From an uncultured Acidobacteriota bacterium (GTDB lineage Bacteria; Acidobacteriota; Thermoanaerobaculia; Multivoradales; UBA5704): a DNA stretch of 64,000 bases. The notes under the pieces were generated by a model. The model worked only from the letters and a program-made list of their open reading frames with translations, was not told the DNA's origin and searched no databases. Numbering within the stretch: the stretch's first letter is position 1; each line of letters begins with the position of its first letter. The position numbers and the translations under genes are program-made. Shown here piece after piece: positions 63,923-64,000 of this stretch. The stretch is taken from positions 3,424,001 through 3,488,000 of the forward strand of contig OY969474.1 of the NCBI GenBank assembly GCA_963700145.1, in the 5' to 3' direction.

Positions 63923-64000
63923 TCAGAACTTCGACGTCGCGCGCTCGCGCGCCGGCAGGATCTCGAGGCAGGTGGTCCACCAGCCGGAGAGGACGGTCTC
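63923..64000 (-). CDS. 3' end of a gene truncated by the window edge
   Basis: Open frame ETVLSGWWTTCLEILPARERATSKF* ending before the RBS of the next gene. Confidence 0.45.
   Translation of the reverse strand, partial: ETVLSGWWTTCLEILPARERATSKF

Overview
High-GC bacterial chromosome segment spanning the replication-origin region; gene content suggests Acidobacteriota, possibly Thermoanaerobaculia (inference). Core genes: parB-parA-rsmG-jag-yidC-yidD-rnpA-rpmH, two tRNA-Ser, tadA, ffs-dnaX-ybaB-recR, mutY, sppA, dnaA-(oriC)-dnaN-recF-gyrB-gyrA, tmRNA, the bacillithiol operon bshC-bshB1-bshA, mtnA, dusB, tandem lepB and hemH. The first ~10 kb is an accessory patch of lower-GC orphans and toxin-antitoxin (TA) modules; five TA modules occur in the window. 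Most notable unexplained signals: (1) two unrelated intergenic arrays of short palindromes phased every 21 bp (9489-10024, upstream of a 125-aa orphan; 29418-29742, abutting parS); (2) a candidate ~210-nt structured sigma54-dependent sRNA with its own terminator between mutY and sppA; (3) four sigma54 promoters, including a promoter/IHF/tandem-UAS layout upstream of comEA; (4) a secreted caspase-fold-like Cys-rich protein cassette next to tRNA-Ser; (5) CTG starts coupled to upstream TGA stops (recR, vapC), many apparently leaderless genes, REP-like palindromes and attC-like sites flanking a low-GC metallophosphoesterase.
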